Below are positions 7,924-17,564 of a stretch of 64,000 bases of DNA, piece by piece. The stretch lies in NCBI GenBank assembly GCA_028711705.1, contig JAQTRS010000003.1:109966-173965 (forward strand). Direction: 5' to 3'. Source of the stretch: Candidatus Moraniibacteriota bacterium (GTDB lineage: Bacteria > Patescibacteriota > Minisyncoccia > Moranbacterales > UBA1568). Under the pieces are notes generated by a model that saw only the letters and a program-made list of their open reading frames with translations, made no database searches and was not told where the DNA came from. Every line of letters begins with the position of its first letter. Position 1 is the first letter of the stretch. The translations under genes were made by a program, and so were the position numbers.

Positions 7924-8850
7924 ATGGTAACAAGCACCTGGCAAACATTTCTTCATAAGCGAAGCGCGACATTCTTATTGGCAGTCATGGTTATTGCTAG
8001 CGGATTTGTTGGCAATACGCAAGAAGCGCAGGCTGCGATAACCAAGGCTGCCTGTGAGGCACTCGGCACCGGATACAGCTGTTTGGCGGCGAGTGATCCT
8101 GCTGCTGCCGGACGAGAGAGTGTTGATCAGTGCAATATGAACACCGGGTTTCCTATAGTGACCGGGAACTGCTATAAGCCCTTGCCGCCGCCAAGCAATA
8201 CCGGACCAGGAACAACTACAGGTTCAGGAAGCAACACGGGACCAGGAACGTCTACGGGCCCTGGTAGTAATACTAGTCCGGGAACAACTACGGGAACAAC
8301 AACTGGAACCACCGCGACTGGAACCGGTGTTACCACCATATCCTTTCAGAATCCCTTGCAGTACAATACCGTACAAGATGTGCTAGGAAGCCTACTCACC
8401 ACGCTTCAGGGCATCATCGTGATCCTGTGCATCATCTTCATCATCATCGGCGCCATCCTCTACATCACCTCTGCCGGCGATAGCAAGCGGACGTCCGCCG
8501 GGAAGCTCGCCATCACCGCCGCCCTCATCGGATTGGCCATCGCCATCGCTGCTCCGTCATTCCTCAAGGAAATCTCGAATATCCTCGGATGGAACAATAC
8601 CCCTGCCAATGTGAGCGCTTCGCTTTCGATCTCGGCCATCCTTACCAATGTGCTCAACTTCCTTTTGGGCATCGTGGGTATCATCGCGATCATCATGCTC
8701 GTCATCGGTGCTATCATGTACCTTTCGGCGGCGGGGGATGAAGACCGTATCGATACCGGTAAGAGTATTGTGAAGTATTCCATTATCGGCATTATTATCG
8801 CTTTCTCAGCCTTGCTTCTCGTCAAGCAAGTCGCCACGTTTTTCCTATAA
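7924..8850 (+). CDS. pilin paralog with two tandem VirB2/TrbC-like hairpin domains
   Basis: Cys-containing N-terminal domain, a low-complexity linker (GPGTTTGSGSNTGPGTSTGPGSNTSPGTTTGTTTGTTATGTG), and then two successive pilin cores (ILYITSAGDSKRTSAGKLAI... and IMYLSAAGDEDRIDTGKSIVKYSIIG...). Confidence 0.6.
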   Translation: MVTSTWQTFLHKRSATFLLAVMVIASGFVGNTQEAQAAITKAACEALGTGYSCLAASDPAAAGRESVDQCNMNTGFPIVTGNCYKPLPPPSNTGPGTTTGSGSNTGPGTSTGPGSNTSPGTTTGTTTGTTATGTGVTTISFQNPLQYNTVQDVLGSLLTTLQGIIVILCIIFIIIGAILYITSAGDSKRTSAGKLAITAALIGLAIAIAAPSFLKEISNILGWNNTPANVSASLSISAILTNVLNFLLGIVGIIAIIMLVIGAIMYLSAAGDEDRIDTGKSIVKYSIIGIIIAFSALLLVKQVATFFL

Positions 8851-8879
8851 TCGAAGCAGACTGATGCTTGTGAAAATAA

Positions 8880-8910
8880 AAGACCCAAGAATACATCTTG
8901 GGTCTTTTTA
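8880..8910 (+). terminator. rho-independent terminator ending the pilin array
   Basis: Hairpin aagacccaaga / ataca / tcttgggtctt, followed by a T5 run. Confidence 0.7.
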
Positions 8911-8988
8911 ATATAAAAAAGCGGGCATATATACTATATATGCCCGTGTGTTACGTTGTGCAACGAACTATTGTCGCATTTACATCTT

Positions 8989-9873
8989 TTAACTACATTT
9001 GAACAGAGTTGCTTTCATTGTGCTATCTGTGCTTGTATAGTTGTCCGGATGTTGAAATACATTGATATCAAGATAGAGTTTCGTATCGTCTTGATCGAGT
9101 TTGAATCTATAGTTTGATCCGGCGTATACCATCTTGGCATTCTTTTGGAGCGTTACACCGCCGTAAGGTTTTGATTTGAACATAGCGGCGTCTGTAACCC
9201 ACTGCTTAACCGGTGATTCATCCAGTAGATTGCCGTCTGCGTCCACGGTACGAGAATAACTTACCTTTCCATTTACCAGAAACCATTGTTTTCTGGTCCC
9301 TTTAACTTTCAGGAGATACTCTCCCGGACCTGCTGTTGCCAGCAATGGTTTTTTGATAAATGTTTCAGTGCCTGGCGAAAAGGATAGCGTTGATATTTCC
9401 TCGGTACAAGCGGAAACGTTTTTCTCGGCAGTTTTTTTAGACAATACTGCCTTCCCATCGTTTGCTGCGACTACAATTTTTGATTCCGGTTGTATAGCCG
9501 CATCCATTTGTTTGGCGCTGCTTGCGACCGGTGTCGATGATACGCTTGGTTGCCCGAGTTTTTCATTGACTATATTTAGTCCAGGAACGAACCAATGGTA
9601 GTTGAAATAGAAAAACACGCTTGTTCCTACCAGAATCAATACTGCTCCAAGACTGAGCGCCTTCGGTTTGGTAAAGAAAATGATATAGATCATCAATGCC
9701 GCTACCCCGAAAGGAAAGAGCATCCACCAATTGAATTCTTGTGCAAGCTCAGTGTTTGGGTTTGCGACAGGTGCTTGATTGACGGAATCGCTACCCCCGG
9801 TAATATTTGCGAGAACCGTAACAATTATCAGAAATATAATGATTCCCACCACTACTTTTATCTTTGTGCCCAT
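8989..9873 (-). CDS. membrane protein (3 predicted TM helices + C-terminal beta-rich domain), hypothetical
   Basis: 294 aa with N-terminal hydrophobic helices and no recognised catalytic motif. It is immediately downstream of, and probably co-transcribed with, the SPFH gene. Confidence 0.5.
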   Translation of the reverse strand: MGTKIKVVVGIIIFLIIVTVLANITGGSDSVNQAPVANPNTELAQEFNWWMLFPFGVAALMIYIIFFTKPKALSLGAVLILVGTSVFFYFNYHWFVPGLNIVNEKLGQPSVSSTPVASSAKQMDAAIQPESKIVVAANDGKAVLSKKTAEKNVSACTEEISTLSFSPGTETFIKKPLLATAGPGEYLLKVKGTRKQWFLVNGKVSYSRTVDADGNLLDESPVKQWVTDAAMFKSKPYGGVTLQKNAKMVYAGSNYRFKLDQDDTKLYLDINVFQHPDNYTSTDSTMKATLFKCS

Positions 9874-9881
9874 AATTCCTC

Positions 9882-10850
9882 CTATTTTTCATTGGTGATG
9901 TTGCCAGCAAGCGCGCCGGCTTTTTCAAGCGGACTAGCGTTGCCATCTATGGTGATGGCTTGCCTTTTACCGCGTTCGGCTTGCACGATGGTTGCAATTT
10001 GCGCATCTGAGAGATTTGGAAAACTCTCCTTGTATCGCTTCATCTGCTTTATCACAGTTTCCGTCTCTTTGCTCTCTGCTTCTTGTTGTGCGTATTCTAC
10101 ACGAACGTTTGCGCGAGCTGCCTCCAATTCCACAGGAAGACGTACGGTAGTGATACGCACCCGGTTGAGCTTGATGCCCCACTCGGTCAGTGCGTGATTC
10201 TGAATGCCTTCAACCGCGAATTCTTCAAGCTCTTGCACTTCTTCTGCGCCGGAGGCTGGAACTCCGGGTATGCCTTCGCCAGTAAGTGTCCCGTTAATGA
10301 GAACATGTACAATGCCTACTTTCGAACGCGGAACCACTTCAGAGTTCAATTTTGAAACGATGAGGCGAAGGATTCCATCAACACCTTGTTTATAAAGATC
10401 CTCAGCGCCGGTCGCTCCAAGATATCTTTGCGGATCCACTACCTGCACCTCGGAGGACAAATCAATCTTTATCGGGACATCGTCCTTTGAAAGAATCTCA
10501 GTTACCTCCTGATCAATACTCCTTTTCTTCGCATCAACCTCTTGTATATTTCCAAAAGGTTTTGGCCAATACCAAACCAAACCTTCCGTAAGGACTTTTC
10601 CAGCCACCCTTTTTCCTAAAAATAAGGGTACGGCGGTAAATCCAATCTGTACCGTTCGTAGGCCTTCCCAGCCAAAGTACCATATTGACGCAGCAGCGCC
10701 AACTGATCCGAATACGGAGTATGCCCACCAAGATCCCTGCGGCGTAACCAGTGTCGCTACCCATGCCATGAGCATATAGCTAATGGCTGCTAGAATTACA
10801 TTCCATACGATTCCATGCACCCAATTGTTAGTTGGTCTCATTTTAATCAC
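9882..10850 (-). CDS. SPFH/band-7 (stomatin/HflC-like) domain protein
   Basis: N-terminal TM, then an SPFH-like core (IQEVDAKKRSIDQEVTEILSKDDVPIKIDLSSEVQVVDPQRY...) and a coiled-coil C-terminus rich in E/A/Q. Confidence 0.75.
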   Translation of the reverse strand: MIKMRPTNNWVHGIVWNVILAAISYMLMAWVATLVTPQGSWWAYSVFGSVGAAASIWYFGWEGLRTVQIGFTAVPLFLGKRVAGKVLTEGLVWYWPKPFGNIQEVDAKKRSIDQEVTEILSKDDVPIKIDLSSEVQVVDPQRYLGATGAEDLYKQGVDGILRLIVSKLNSEVVPRSKVGIVHVLINGTLTGEGIPGVPASGAEEVQELEEFAVEGIQNHALTEWGIKLNRVRITTVRLPVELEAARANVRVEYAQQEAESKETETVIKQMKRYKESFPNLSDAQIATIVQAERGKRQAITIDGNASPLEKAGALAGNITNEK

Positions 10851-11091
10851 CTCTTCATTTCAGTATATTTATTTGTCAAGGTACGTCTTTTACGACTACT
10901 CTTAACGGTTCTGTGTCGGTTGTAGAGAGAGTTCTCTAGCCAACACCCAATCCTAGCATAAAAATACGAAAAAGTCAAGTAAAAGAGGCTTGTTTGTAAG
11001 ATTTTTTGGGTAAAACGGCATCCAAAAGAAGTAATTTACTTTATTATCCCTTTCTAGAGGGAAAAACGCCATGTCAAATCAGGGGACCAGC

Positions 11092-11120
11092 TTGACAGAG
11101 TGACTTTTGCTTGCTATACT
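11092..11120 (+). promoter_or_regulatory. consensus sigma70 promoter (TTGACA - 17 - TATACT) upstream of nusA
   Basis: ttgaca at 11092-11097 and tatact at 11115-11120, with an exact 17-bp spacer. About 115 nt of leader follows. Confidence 0.5.
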
Positions 11121-11237
11121 CTAGGCAACGATGGAGATGGATGTTATGGTTCGCGAAAGCGGGCTTTTTTCTTTCTCGGGTTGTAAAAGAGTGCAAGTGG
11201 CATATGTTTTTTATCAGAGGCTTGCGAGGACGACGGG

Positions 11238-12668
11238 ATGAGTACGAGGAATTTTTTAGCAAAAAAATATCCGTACTCTGATAAAAAACATATGTCGATT
11301 GCGCACCACATTAAGCAGTTAAGTAAGAATAATCATATGGCAAAGAAAAAGGTAGAAGAAGTGGAAGAATCAGGGAGCTTCAGTGAGCGATTGGGAGAAT
11401 TCGGGGGTGCTGTGATGCAGCTTGCCGAGGAGAAGGGTATTTCCAAGGACAAAATCCTCGAGATCGTGGGGGCCTCATTGGCTGCTGCGTATAAGAAAGA
11501 CTATGGGAAGCGCGGACAGGTGATTGTCGGTGAATTCGACGAGGTTTCAAAGGAAGCCAAGTATTTCTTGGTGAAGGAAGTGGTGGATGAAACTACCCGT
11601 GAATTCGTGGAGGCGCCCGAAGAGGAGTTGGAAGAGATGGCGGATGCCTCTGTCGAGGGCGATGAGAAGCGCTTGCCTCGCTACAATGAGGAGCGGGATA
11701 TTACACTTGAAGACGCGCAGAAATTGAAGAAGGATGCGGTTTTGGGCGATACGGTCAGGATTGAGCTCGAATCCCATGATGAATTCGGTCGCGTGGCGGC
11801 GCAGACGGCCAAGCAGGTGATCATCCAGCGTATCCGTGAAGCGGAGCGCGAGTCGATGTTCGCAGAATACAAGGAGAAAGAAGGACAGGTCGTGAACGGT
11901 GTCGTGCAGCGTATCGAAGGACGATTGGTGTTTATCGATCTTGGCAAGTCGGTGGGTGTATTGTTCCCGGCCGAGCAGATCGAGGGCGAGAACTACCGCA
12001 TCGGGCAGCGTCTCAAGGTATTCATCCTGAAGGTGGAATCCGACGCCAAGGGGCCCGGCATCACACTGTCCCGCTCGCATGCGGATATCGTGCGCAATCT
12101 GTTCGCTTTGGAGGTGCCGGAAATCTTTTCGGGTACGGTGATTATCAAAGGTATCGCTCGTGAGGCGGGATCCCGCACCAAGATCGCCGTGACGGCGTCC
12201 GATGAGAGCATTGACCCGATCGGTTCATGCGTCGGACAAAAAGGAACCCGCGTTCAGGCAGTGATCGACGAATTGGGCGGCGAGAAGATCGATATCATCT
12301 TGTGGAACGAGGATGATGAAAAATTCATCCGTGCCGCGCTCAGCCCGGCGAAGGTCCTGTCGGTCTCGTTGAATGAGGAGTTGCACGAAGCACGCGTAAC
12401 CGTGCCTGATGATCAGCTTTCATTGGCCATCGGCAAGCGCGGACAAAACGTCCGCTTGGCCGTCAAATTGACAGGCTGGAAATTGGATATCGTATCCGCC
12501 GGTGCCGCTGCTCCAGCAGCGGAGGTGACTCCTGAAGCGGTGGAAAGCGCTTTAGCGGAAGTGACGGAGGTGGCTTTGGCTGCCGAAGAGACGGTGGAGG
12601 AAGTCAAGAAGACCGTCAAAAAGAAGGCTGTCAAGAAAACGAAGAAGGCTGGAAAGACCGAGGAATAA
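11238..12668 (+). CDS. nusA: transcription termination/antitermination factor NusA
   Basis: NusA N-terminal domain (LEIVGASLAAAYKK), an S1 domain (GQVVNGVVQRIEGRLVFIDLG) and two KH domains (LAIGKRGQNVRLAVKLTGWKLDIV). Lys-rich C-terminal tail. The start may be the internal ATG at 11337. Confidence 0.9.
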   Translation: MSTRNFLAKKYPYSDKKHMSIAHHIKQLSKNNHMAKKKVEEVEESGSFSERLGEFGGAVMQLAEEKGISKDKILEIVGASLAAAYKKDYGKRGQVIVGEFDEVSKEAKYFLVKEVVDETTREFVEAPEEELEEMADASVEGDEKRLPRYNEERDITLEDAQKLKKDAVLGDTVRIELESHDEFGRVAAQTAKQVIIQRIREAERESMFAEYKEKEGQVVNGVVQRIEGRLVFIDLGKSVGVLFPAEQIEGENYRIGQRLKVFILKVESDAKGPGITLSRSHADIVRNLFALEVPEIFSGTVIIKGIAREAGSRTKIAVTASDESIDPIGSCVGQKGTRVQAVIDELGGEKIDIILWNEDDEKFIRAALSPAKVLSVSLNEELHEARVTVPDDQLSLAIGKRGQNVRLAVKLTGWKLDIVSAGAAAPAAEVTPEAVESALAEVTEVALAAEETVEEVKKTVKKKAVKKTKKAGKTEE

Positions 12669-12719
12669 AAGGGGTGTCGATACCGAAATAACACTATAAT
12701 CCATCGTAACCATATCCGT

Positions 12720-13322
12720 ATGGCAAATATCAATCATGCGCCAAGCAAATATATGCTCAACCTCTTGCACGCGATTCCCGCGTTCGCGAACGAGGTGGAA
12801 CTCCGACTGAATGTGATTATCGAGCTCAACTCGATGACTATCAATAAGTATGAGGTTATCACGGAAACCGGCCACCTTAAGCTCGATCGCGTGGGATTCT
12901 CTTCCCTTTCGTATCCGTTCGCATACGGCGCCATCCCTCGTACTTGGGACGAGGATGGCGACCCATTGGATGTTGAAATCGTCGGCGTGACGGAGCCTTT
13001 GGTGAACGGATGCCTCGTGGAGGCCCGCATCATCGGTATCATGAAATTTCAGGATGACGGCGAAATCGATGACAAGGTGATCGCGGTGCTCGCTGATGAT
13101 AAGCGTATGGACCATATCACGAGCTTCGATCAGCTCGGCAGCCACTGGATGAAAGAAACCTCCTACTACTGGGAGCACTACAAGCACCTCAAGAAGCCGG
13201 GAACGTGCATGGTCAAAGGATTCTTCGGAGTCGAGGAGGCCGTCAAGATCATTAAGGAATGCGAGGTTCGTTACACGGAGCAGTACCTTCCGAAGTTCGG
13301 GGAGAGCCTTTTGGAAGAATAA
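12720..13322 (+). CDS. ppa: inorganic pyrophosphatase (family I)
   Basis: Family I PPase signature YPFAYGAIPRTWDEDGDPLDVEIV and downstream conserved Asp/Lys residues. 200 aa; the N-terminal extension and start are uncertain. Confidence 0.85.
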   Translation: MANINHAPSKYMLNLLHAIPAFANEVELRLNVIIELNSMTINKYEVITETGHLKLDRVGFSSLSYPFAYGAIPRTWDEDGDPLDVEIVGVTEPLVNGCLVEARIIGIMKFQDDGEIDDKVIAVLADDKRMDHITSFDQLGSHWMKETSYYWEHYKHLKKPGTCMVKGFFGVEEAVKIIKECEVRYTEQYLPKFGESLLEE

Positions 13323-13356
13323 GGAAGACGGATCGAATAGGTTCGGATAGAAAGAT

Positions 13357-13384
13357 AAAAAGTAGCTACACGGCTACTTTTTAT
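13357..13384 (+). terminator. rho-independent terminator
   Basis: Hairpin aaaagtagc / tacacg / gctactttt, followed by a T-run. Confidence 0.65.
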
Positions 13385-13501
13385 TATGGCTGCATGTATG
13401 GGCAAAGGATGGAGGGGTGATTTTTCGGAGGGCGGATGCGTAGGATCACTTGCCAAGGGGGAAGTTTTTGGTTACAATAAAGTATCTAAATTATTTATGT
13501 T

Positions 13502-14800
13502 ATGAAATCTATGCATATCGTTGTCAAGCCGCTTGCGCAGTCAGAAGTGGAGATTACCGTCACGTTGCCGTGGGAAGCGTGGAAAAGGCATGCTGCCAAG
13601 GCTGCGAAGAATATCGCCAAGGATGTGAAGCTTCCTGGGTTTCGTCCCGGAAAGGTTCCTCAGGAGGTAATCGAGAAGAAGTATGGCAAAGAAGCTATCT
13701 TGCTTGAGGCAGCCGATATCGCTATCCAGGAGTCTTATCCGGAGGTATTGCGCCAAGAAAAGCTTGAGACTATCGGACGACCGAAGGCGGAAGTCAAGGA
13801 GGCGACAGAAGGTAAGGATCTGGAGTATGTCGTGACGACGGCCGTGATGCCGAAGGCGACCCTTAAGCCATGGAAGGATGCTGTCAAGAAGATCAATAAG
13901 GAGCAGGCGGCGGAGAAGATCGAGGTATCTGAGGAAGATGTGACGAAGGAGTTGGACCGTCTTGCCAAGACCCGCGCGAAATTTATCACCGTCAACCGCG
14001 CCGCACAGAAGGATGACAATGTTGAGGTTGACTTCCAAGTGTTCCGTAACGGCGTTGTGATCGAGAACGGTACCGGAAAAAAGCACCCATTGGTATTGGG
14101 AAGCAATACGTTCATCCCCGGATTCGAGGAACAGCTTATCGGCATGAAAACGGGGGAGGAAAAGGAATTCGAACTTTCCTTTCCGGCGGAATACCATGCC
14201 AAGGATTTGGCAGGGCAGACGGCGACATTCAAGGTGGAATTGCGATTGATCCAGGAGCGAGAAGTGCCTGTTATCGATGATGCTTTCGCGCAGTCTTTGG
14301 GAAAATTTATGACTATCGATGAGCTGAAGGCGAATATCAAAGAGGGCATGGTTGAGGAGAAGAAGCAGCAAGGGAAAGAAGCGCATCAGGCGAAGATTGT
14401 CGAGGAGTTGATCGGTTTGACCGAAGCGGCGCTGCCGGCCGTCATGGTGGATGAAGAAGTGCACAAGATGATCCATGAATTCGAATCGCAGGTGCAGTCG
14501 ATGGGTATGAATTTGGATGAATACCTGAAGGGTCTTGGTAAGACGCACAAGGATCTACACAAAGATTGGGTCCCGCAAGCAGAGAAGCGATTGAAGGCGG
14601 CTTTGGCTTTGGACGAGGTAGCGAAGGATCAGGAAATCGAAGTCGCAGCCGAAGAGGTTGAAGTGGAAATGAACAAAACCTTGCAGTATTACAAGACGAT
14701 GACCGACGTGGAGAAGAAGATCGATCTTGAGAAGCTATACAGCTACGTGAAGGGGAAGATGCAGAATGAGAAGGTGTTCGAGTACTTATTGAAGCTTTAG
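13502..14800 (+). CDS. tig: trigger factor
   Basis: N-terminal ribosome-binding domain with GFRPGKVP, a central FKBP-like PPIase region and a C-terminal helical arm. 432 aa. Confidence 0.85.
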   Translation: MKSMHIVVKPLAQSEVEITVTLPWEAWKRHAAKAAKNIAKDVKLPGFRPGKVPQEVIEKKYGKEAILLEAADIAIQESYPEVLRQEKLETIGRPKAEVKEATEGKDLEYVVTTAVMPKATLKPWKDAVKKINKEQAAEKIEVSEEDVTKELDRLAKTRAKFITVNRAAQKDDNVEVDFQVFRNGVVIENGTGKKHPLVLGSNTFIPGFEEQLIGMKTGEEKEFELSFPAEYHAKDLAGQTATFKVELRLIQEREVPVIDDAFAQSLGKFMTIDELKANIKEGMVEEKKQQGKEAHQAKIVEELIGLTEAALPAVMVDEEVHKMIHEFESQVQSMGMNLDEYLKGLGKTHKDLHKDWVPQAEKRLKAALALDEVAKDQEIEVAAEEVEVEMNKTLQYYKTMTDVEKKIDLEKLYSYVKGKMQNEKVFEYLLKL

Positions 14801-14842
14801 GGTTTTACGCAGGGTCAAGTTTTTAGCCATTAAAGACTTTTT

Positions 14843-15439
14843 ATGGACAAAAATATCATGAACAATTATCTCATACCGACCGTTATCGAGAAGACGAGCT
14901 ATGGCGAGCGCGCGTATGATATCTATTCGCGTCTGCTTAAGGACCGTATCGTGTTTATCGGGACGCCCATCGATGACGGGGTGGCCAATTCCGTGATCGC
15001 TCAGTTGCTTTTCTTGGCTTCACAGAGCGATAAGGAGGATATCAAGATGTATATCAATTCTCCGGGAGGGGTGGTGACATCCGCTCTGGCCATCTATGAT
15101 ACGATGCAGTATGTGAAACCGCATATTCAGACGATTTGTTTGGGTATGGCCGCCTCGGCCGCTGCGCTTTTGCTGGCCGCCGGAGAGAAGGGGAAGCGTA
15201 TGAGCCTTCCCAATAGCGAGGTGATGATACATCAGGTGCTGGGGGGTGCGTCGGGCCAGGCGACAGATGTCGATATCCATGCCAGGCATATCCTCAAGAC
15301 CAAGGACCGTTTGAACGTCATTATGGCGCAGCACACGGGGCAGTCGTTGAAAAAGGTGACGCAGGACACCGAGCGCGATTACTTCATGAGCGCCGATGAG
15401 GCCCTGGCCTACGGCATCGTCGATAAGGTGATCCGTTAA
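14843..15439 (+). CDS. clpP: ATP-dependent Clp protease proteolytic subunit
   Basis: ClpP catalytic triad context: [11 protein letters not shown] (Ser), MIHQVLGG (His) and an Asp in YFMSADEA. 198 aa. Confidence 0.9.
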   Translation: MDKNIMNNYLIPTVIEKTSYGERAYDIYSRLLKDRIVFIGTPIDDGVANSVIAQLLFLASQSDKEDIKMYINSPGGVVTSALAIYDTMQYVKPHIQTICLGMAASAAALLLAAGEKGKRMSLPNSEVMIHQVLGGASGQATDVDIHARHILKTKDRLNVIMAQHTGQSLKKVTQDTERDYFMSADEALAYGIVDKVIR

Positions 15440-15560
15440 CGGCTGAAATGGCGGCTTATAAAAGACATACTCGAAGTTTCTGAGCAGACTTTTGGTGTTT
15501 TATGTAAGCAGTCCACCTCATCTGAGAGTATAGGCATGTGCTTATAATGGTATGAAAAAA

Positions 15561-15592
15561 CAGGCCCGAGGGTCTGTTCTTTCGTGAAACAG
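15561..15592 (-). terminator. rho-independent terminator for gpmI (minus strand)
   Basis: On the minus strand: aacagaccctcgggcctgtt, followed by tttttt. Confidence 0.55.
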
Positions 15593-15595
15593 GAT

Positions 15596-17164
15596 TTATT
15601 TCAGGAGACCAAGAAGGCTTTCGCCGTGCATCTCCGGGGGCTTTTGGATGCCCATGATTTCAAGGACGGTCGGGGCGACATCGCTCAGGAGCCCTTCGAT
15701 CTGGTTTTCTTCGCGTACCATCAATTCGGCGGTTTTTTCGCGATGATTGTCGCTCGTGATAAGCCAAAAGGGGATGGGATTGGTGGAGTGTTCCGTATCG
15801 ATTTCCCCGGTGGTGAGGTTTTTGACTTCCTCGACATTGCCGTGATCGGAAGTGACCAAGATGGCGCCACTGACTTTCATAACGGCCGGTATAAGCAAAG
15901 AAAGGCTTTTATCCGTGGCCTCGACGGCCTTGATGGATGCCTGCTCGTTGCCGGTGTGGCCGACCATATCCGGATTGGCGTAGTTGATGAGGATGAAGTC
16001 GTACTTACCCGAATCGATGAGCTCGATGGCTTTTTCGGTGATTTGCGGGGCGCCCATTTCGGGAACGTCGTCGAAGTGGGGGACAGTTTGCGAAGGTATG
16101 AGGAAGCGATCCTCGCCTTCGAAAGCTTGTTCGGTGCCTCCGTTGAAAAAATAGGTGACATGGGCGTATTTTTCTGTTTCCGCGATGCGGGCCTGTTTCT
16201 TTTTGTTCTTGCTGAGGGTTTCCCCGAGGCTGTTATGGATTTCTTCCGGAGGGAAGGCGATACTGACCGGGAGATCCTTTTCGTACTCCGTCATGGTGAC
16301 GAATTCCAGATCGAGCTGCTTTGGTCTGTCGAATTTGTCGAAGCCAGGAAGGGTGAATGCCTTGGTGAGTTCGCGGGCGCGGTCTTCGCGGAAATTGAAG
16401 AAAATCACGGAGTCGCCGTCTTGTATGGTGGCGACAGGCGCGTTTTTTTCCATGATGATGCACGGATCGATATATTCGTCGGTCATGCCTTTGGCATAGC
16501 ATGCCTCAAGATAGGCGCTGGCGCTGGCCGTGTGTTCGCCTTCGCCCTTCGTGAGCACGTCATATGTTTTTTCGATACGCTCCCAGTTGTTGTTGCGGTC
16601 CATGGACCAGTTTCTTCCGGCCAGACTAGCCACCTTGCCGACGCCGATGGTGCGGATGTGTCCTTCAAGATCGCGGATACTCTGGATGCCCGAGGTTGGA
16701 GATGAATCTCGTCCGTCAGTAAAGGCGTGAATAAAGACTTTTTTAAGGTTTTGTTCTTTGGCCATGCGCATGAGCATGTAGAGGTGATCCTTGTGGGCAT
16801 GTACCGATCCCTCGCTCACCAAGCCCATGATATGTAAGGAACTGTTATTTTTCGCGACACGGTTCATGGCCGAAAGCAGGGCTTCATTCTTGAAAAACGT
16901 CCCGTCTTGGATGGCAAGCGTGATGCGGGGCATGTTTTGGTAGATGACGCGTCCGGCACCCATGGTCATGTGACCCACTTCGCTGTTGCCGGGCGTATTC
17001 CAAGGCAATCCGACCGCGATGCCGGATGCCTGGAGGCTTGTCATAGGGTAGTATCGGTTGAGTTTGTCGAAGGTGGGGAGGGTGGCTTCTCGGATAGGGT
17101 TGCCTTGCGTGGTATTGGAAAGACCCCATCCATCGAGTACGACGAGTACGACTGGCTTATACAT
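15596..17164 (-). CDS. gpmI: 2,3-bisphosphoglycerate-independent phosphoglycerate mutase
   Basis: iPGM signatures VLDGWGL, SEVGHMTMGAGR and the C-terminal metal-binding region (DHGN). 522 aa. The antisense ORF 15584-16705 is rejected. Confidence 0.9.
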   Translation of the reverse strand: MYKPVVLVVLDGWGLSNTTQGNPIREATLPTFDKLNRYYPMTSLQASGIAVGLPWNTPGNSEVGHMTMGAGRVIYQNMPRITLAIQDGTFFKNEALLSAMNRVAKNNSSLHIMGLVSEGSVHAHKDHLYMLMRMAKEQNLKKVFIHAFTDGRDSSPTSGIQSIRDLEGHIRTIGVGKVASLAGRNWSMDRNNNWERIEKTYDVLTKGEGEHTASASAYLEACYAKGMTDEYIDPCIIMEKNAPVATIQDGDSVIFFNFREDRARELTKAFTLPGFDKFDRPKQLDLEFVTMTEYEKDLPVSIAFPPEEIHNSLGETLSKNKKKQARIAETEKYAHVTYFFNGGTEQAFEGEDRFLIPSQTVPHFDDVPEMGAPQITEKAIELIDSGKYDFILINYANPDMVGHTGNEQASIKAVEATDKSLSLLIPAVMKVSGAILVTSDHGNVEEVKNLTTGEIDTEHSTNPIPFWLITSDNHREKTAELMVREENQIEGLLSDVAPTVLEIMGIQKPPEMHGESLLGLLK

Positions 17165-17282
17165 AAAATTTCAATCAACAATTAGCAATTAACAATCAGC
17201 AAACTACGATATTTCCAGCCAGATGTTCGCCTGCTGTTAGTCATTGACTGCTTATCGCATAGTATAGCATTTAAGCCTCCTT

Positions 17283-17311
17283 TTGACAAAAGGGACCTGT
17301 TTGATTATGAT
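17283..17311 (+). promoter_or_regulatory. sigma70-like promoter (TTGACA - 17 - TATGAT), candidate rny promoter
   Basis: ttgaca at 17283-17288 and tatgat at 17306-17311, in the divergent gpmI/rny intergenic region. Confidence 0.4.
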
Positions 17312-17564
17312 GAGGGTACTAGACAATCGGTCTACTAAATATTCAAATCTTCGTTTTCGATCGGATAGCTGTAGCAATACACGGTATATACGACTGAACT
17401 GACAAATAAGCGTTTCTACTTATGCCATTTAGCAGACTTTTATTTAAACATATGAGGCGTGTGCATGCACGGACTTATTTACAGCGTATCTAGGCTCTTT
17501 TTTGTGAAAGGGCGACTTGTTTTTGCACGAAAAAACTACCCATCGAATCGAAGCCAACTCACAT

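Noticed and set aside
15584-16705. 373-aa ORF on + strand
   Set aside because: It is entirely antisense to the well-supported gpmI gene, with a low-complexity D/G/F-rich translation and no motifs. It is a typical shadow ORF.
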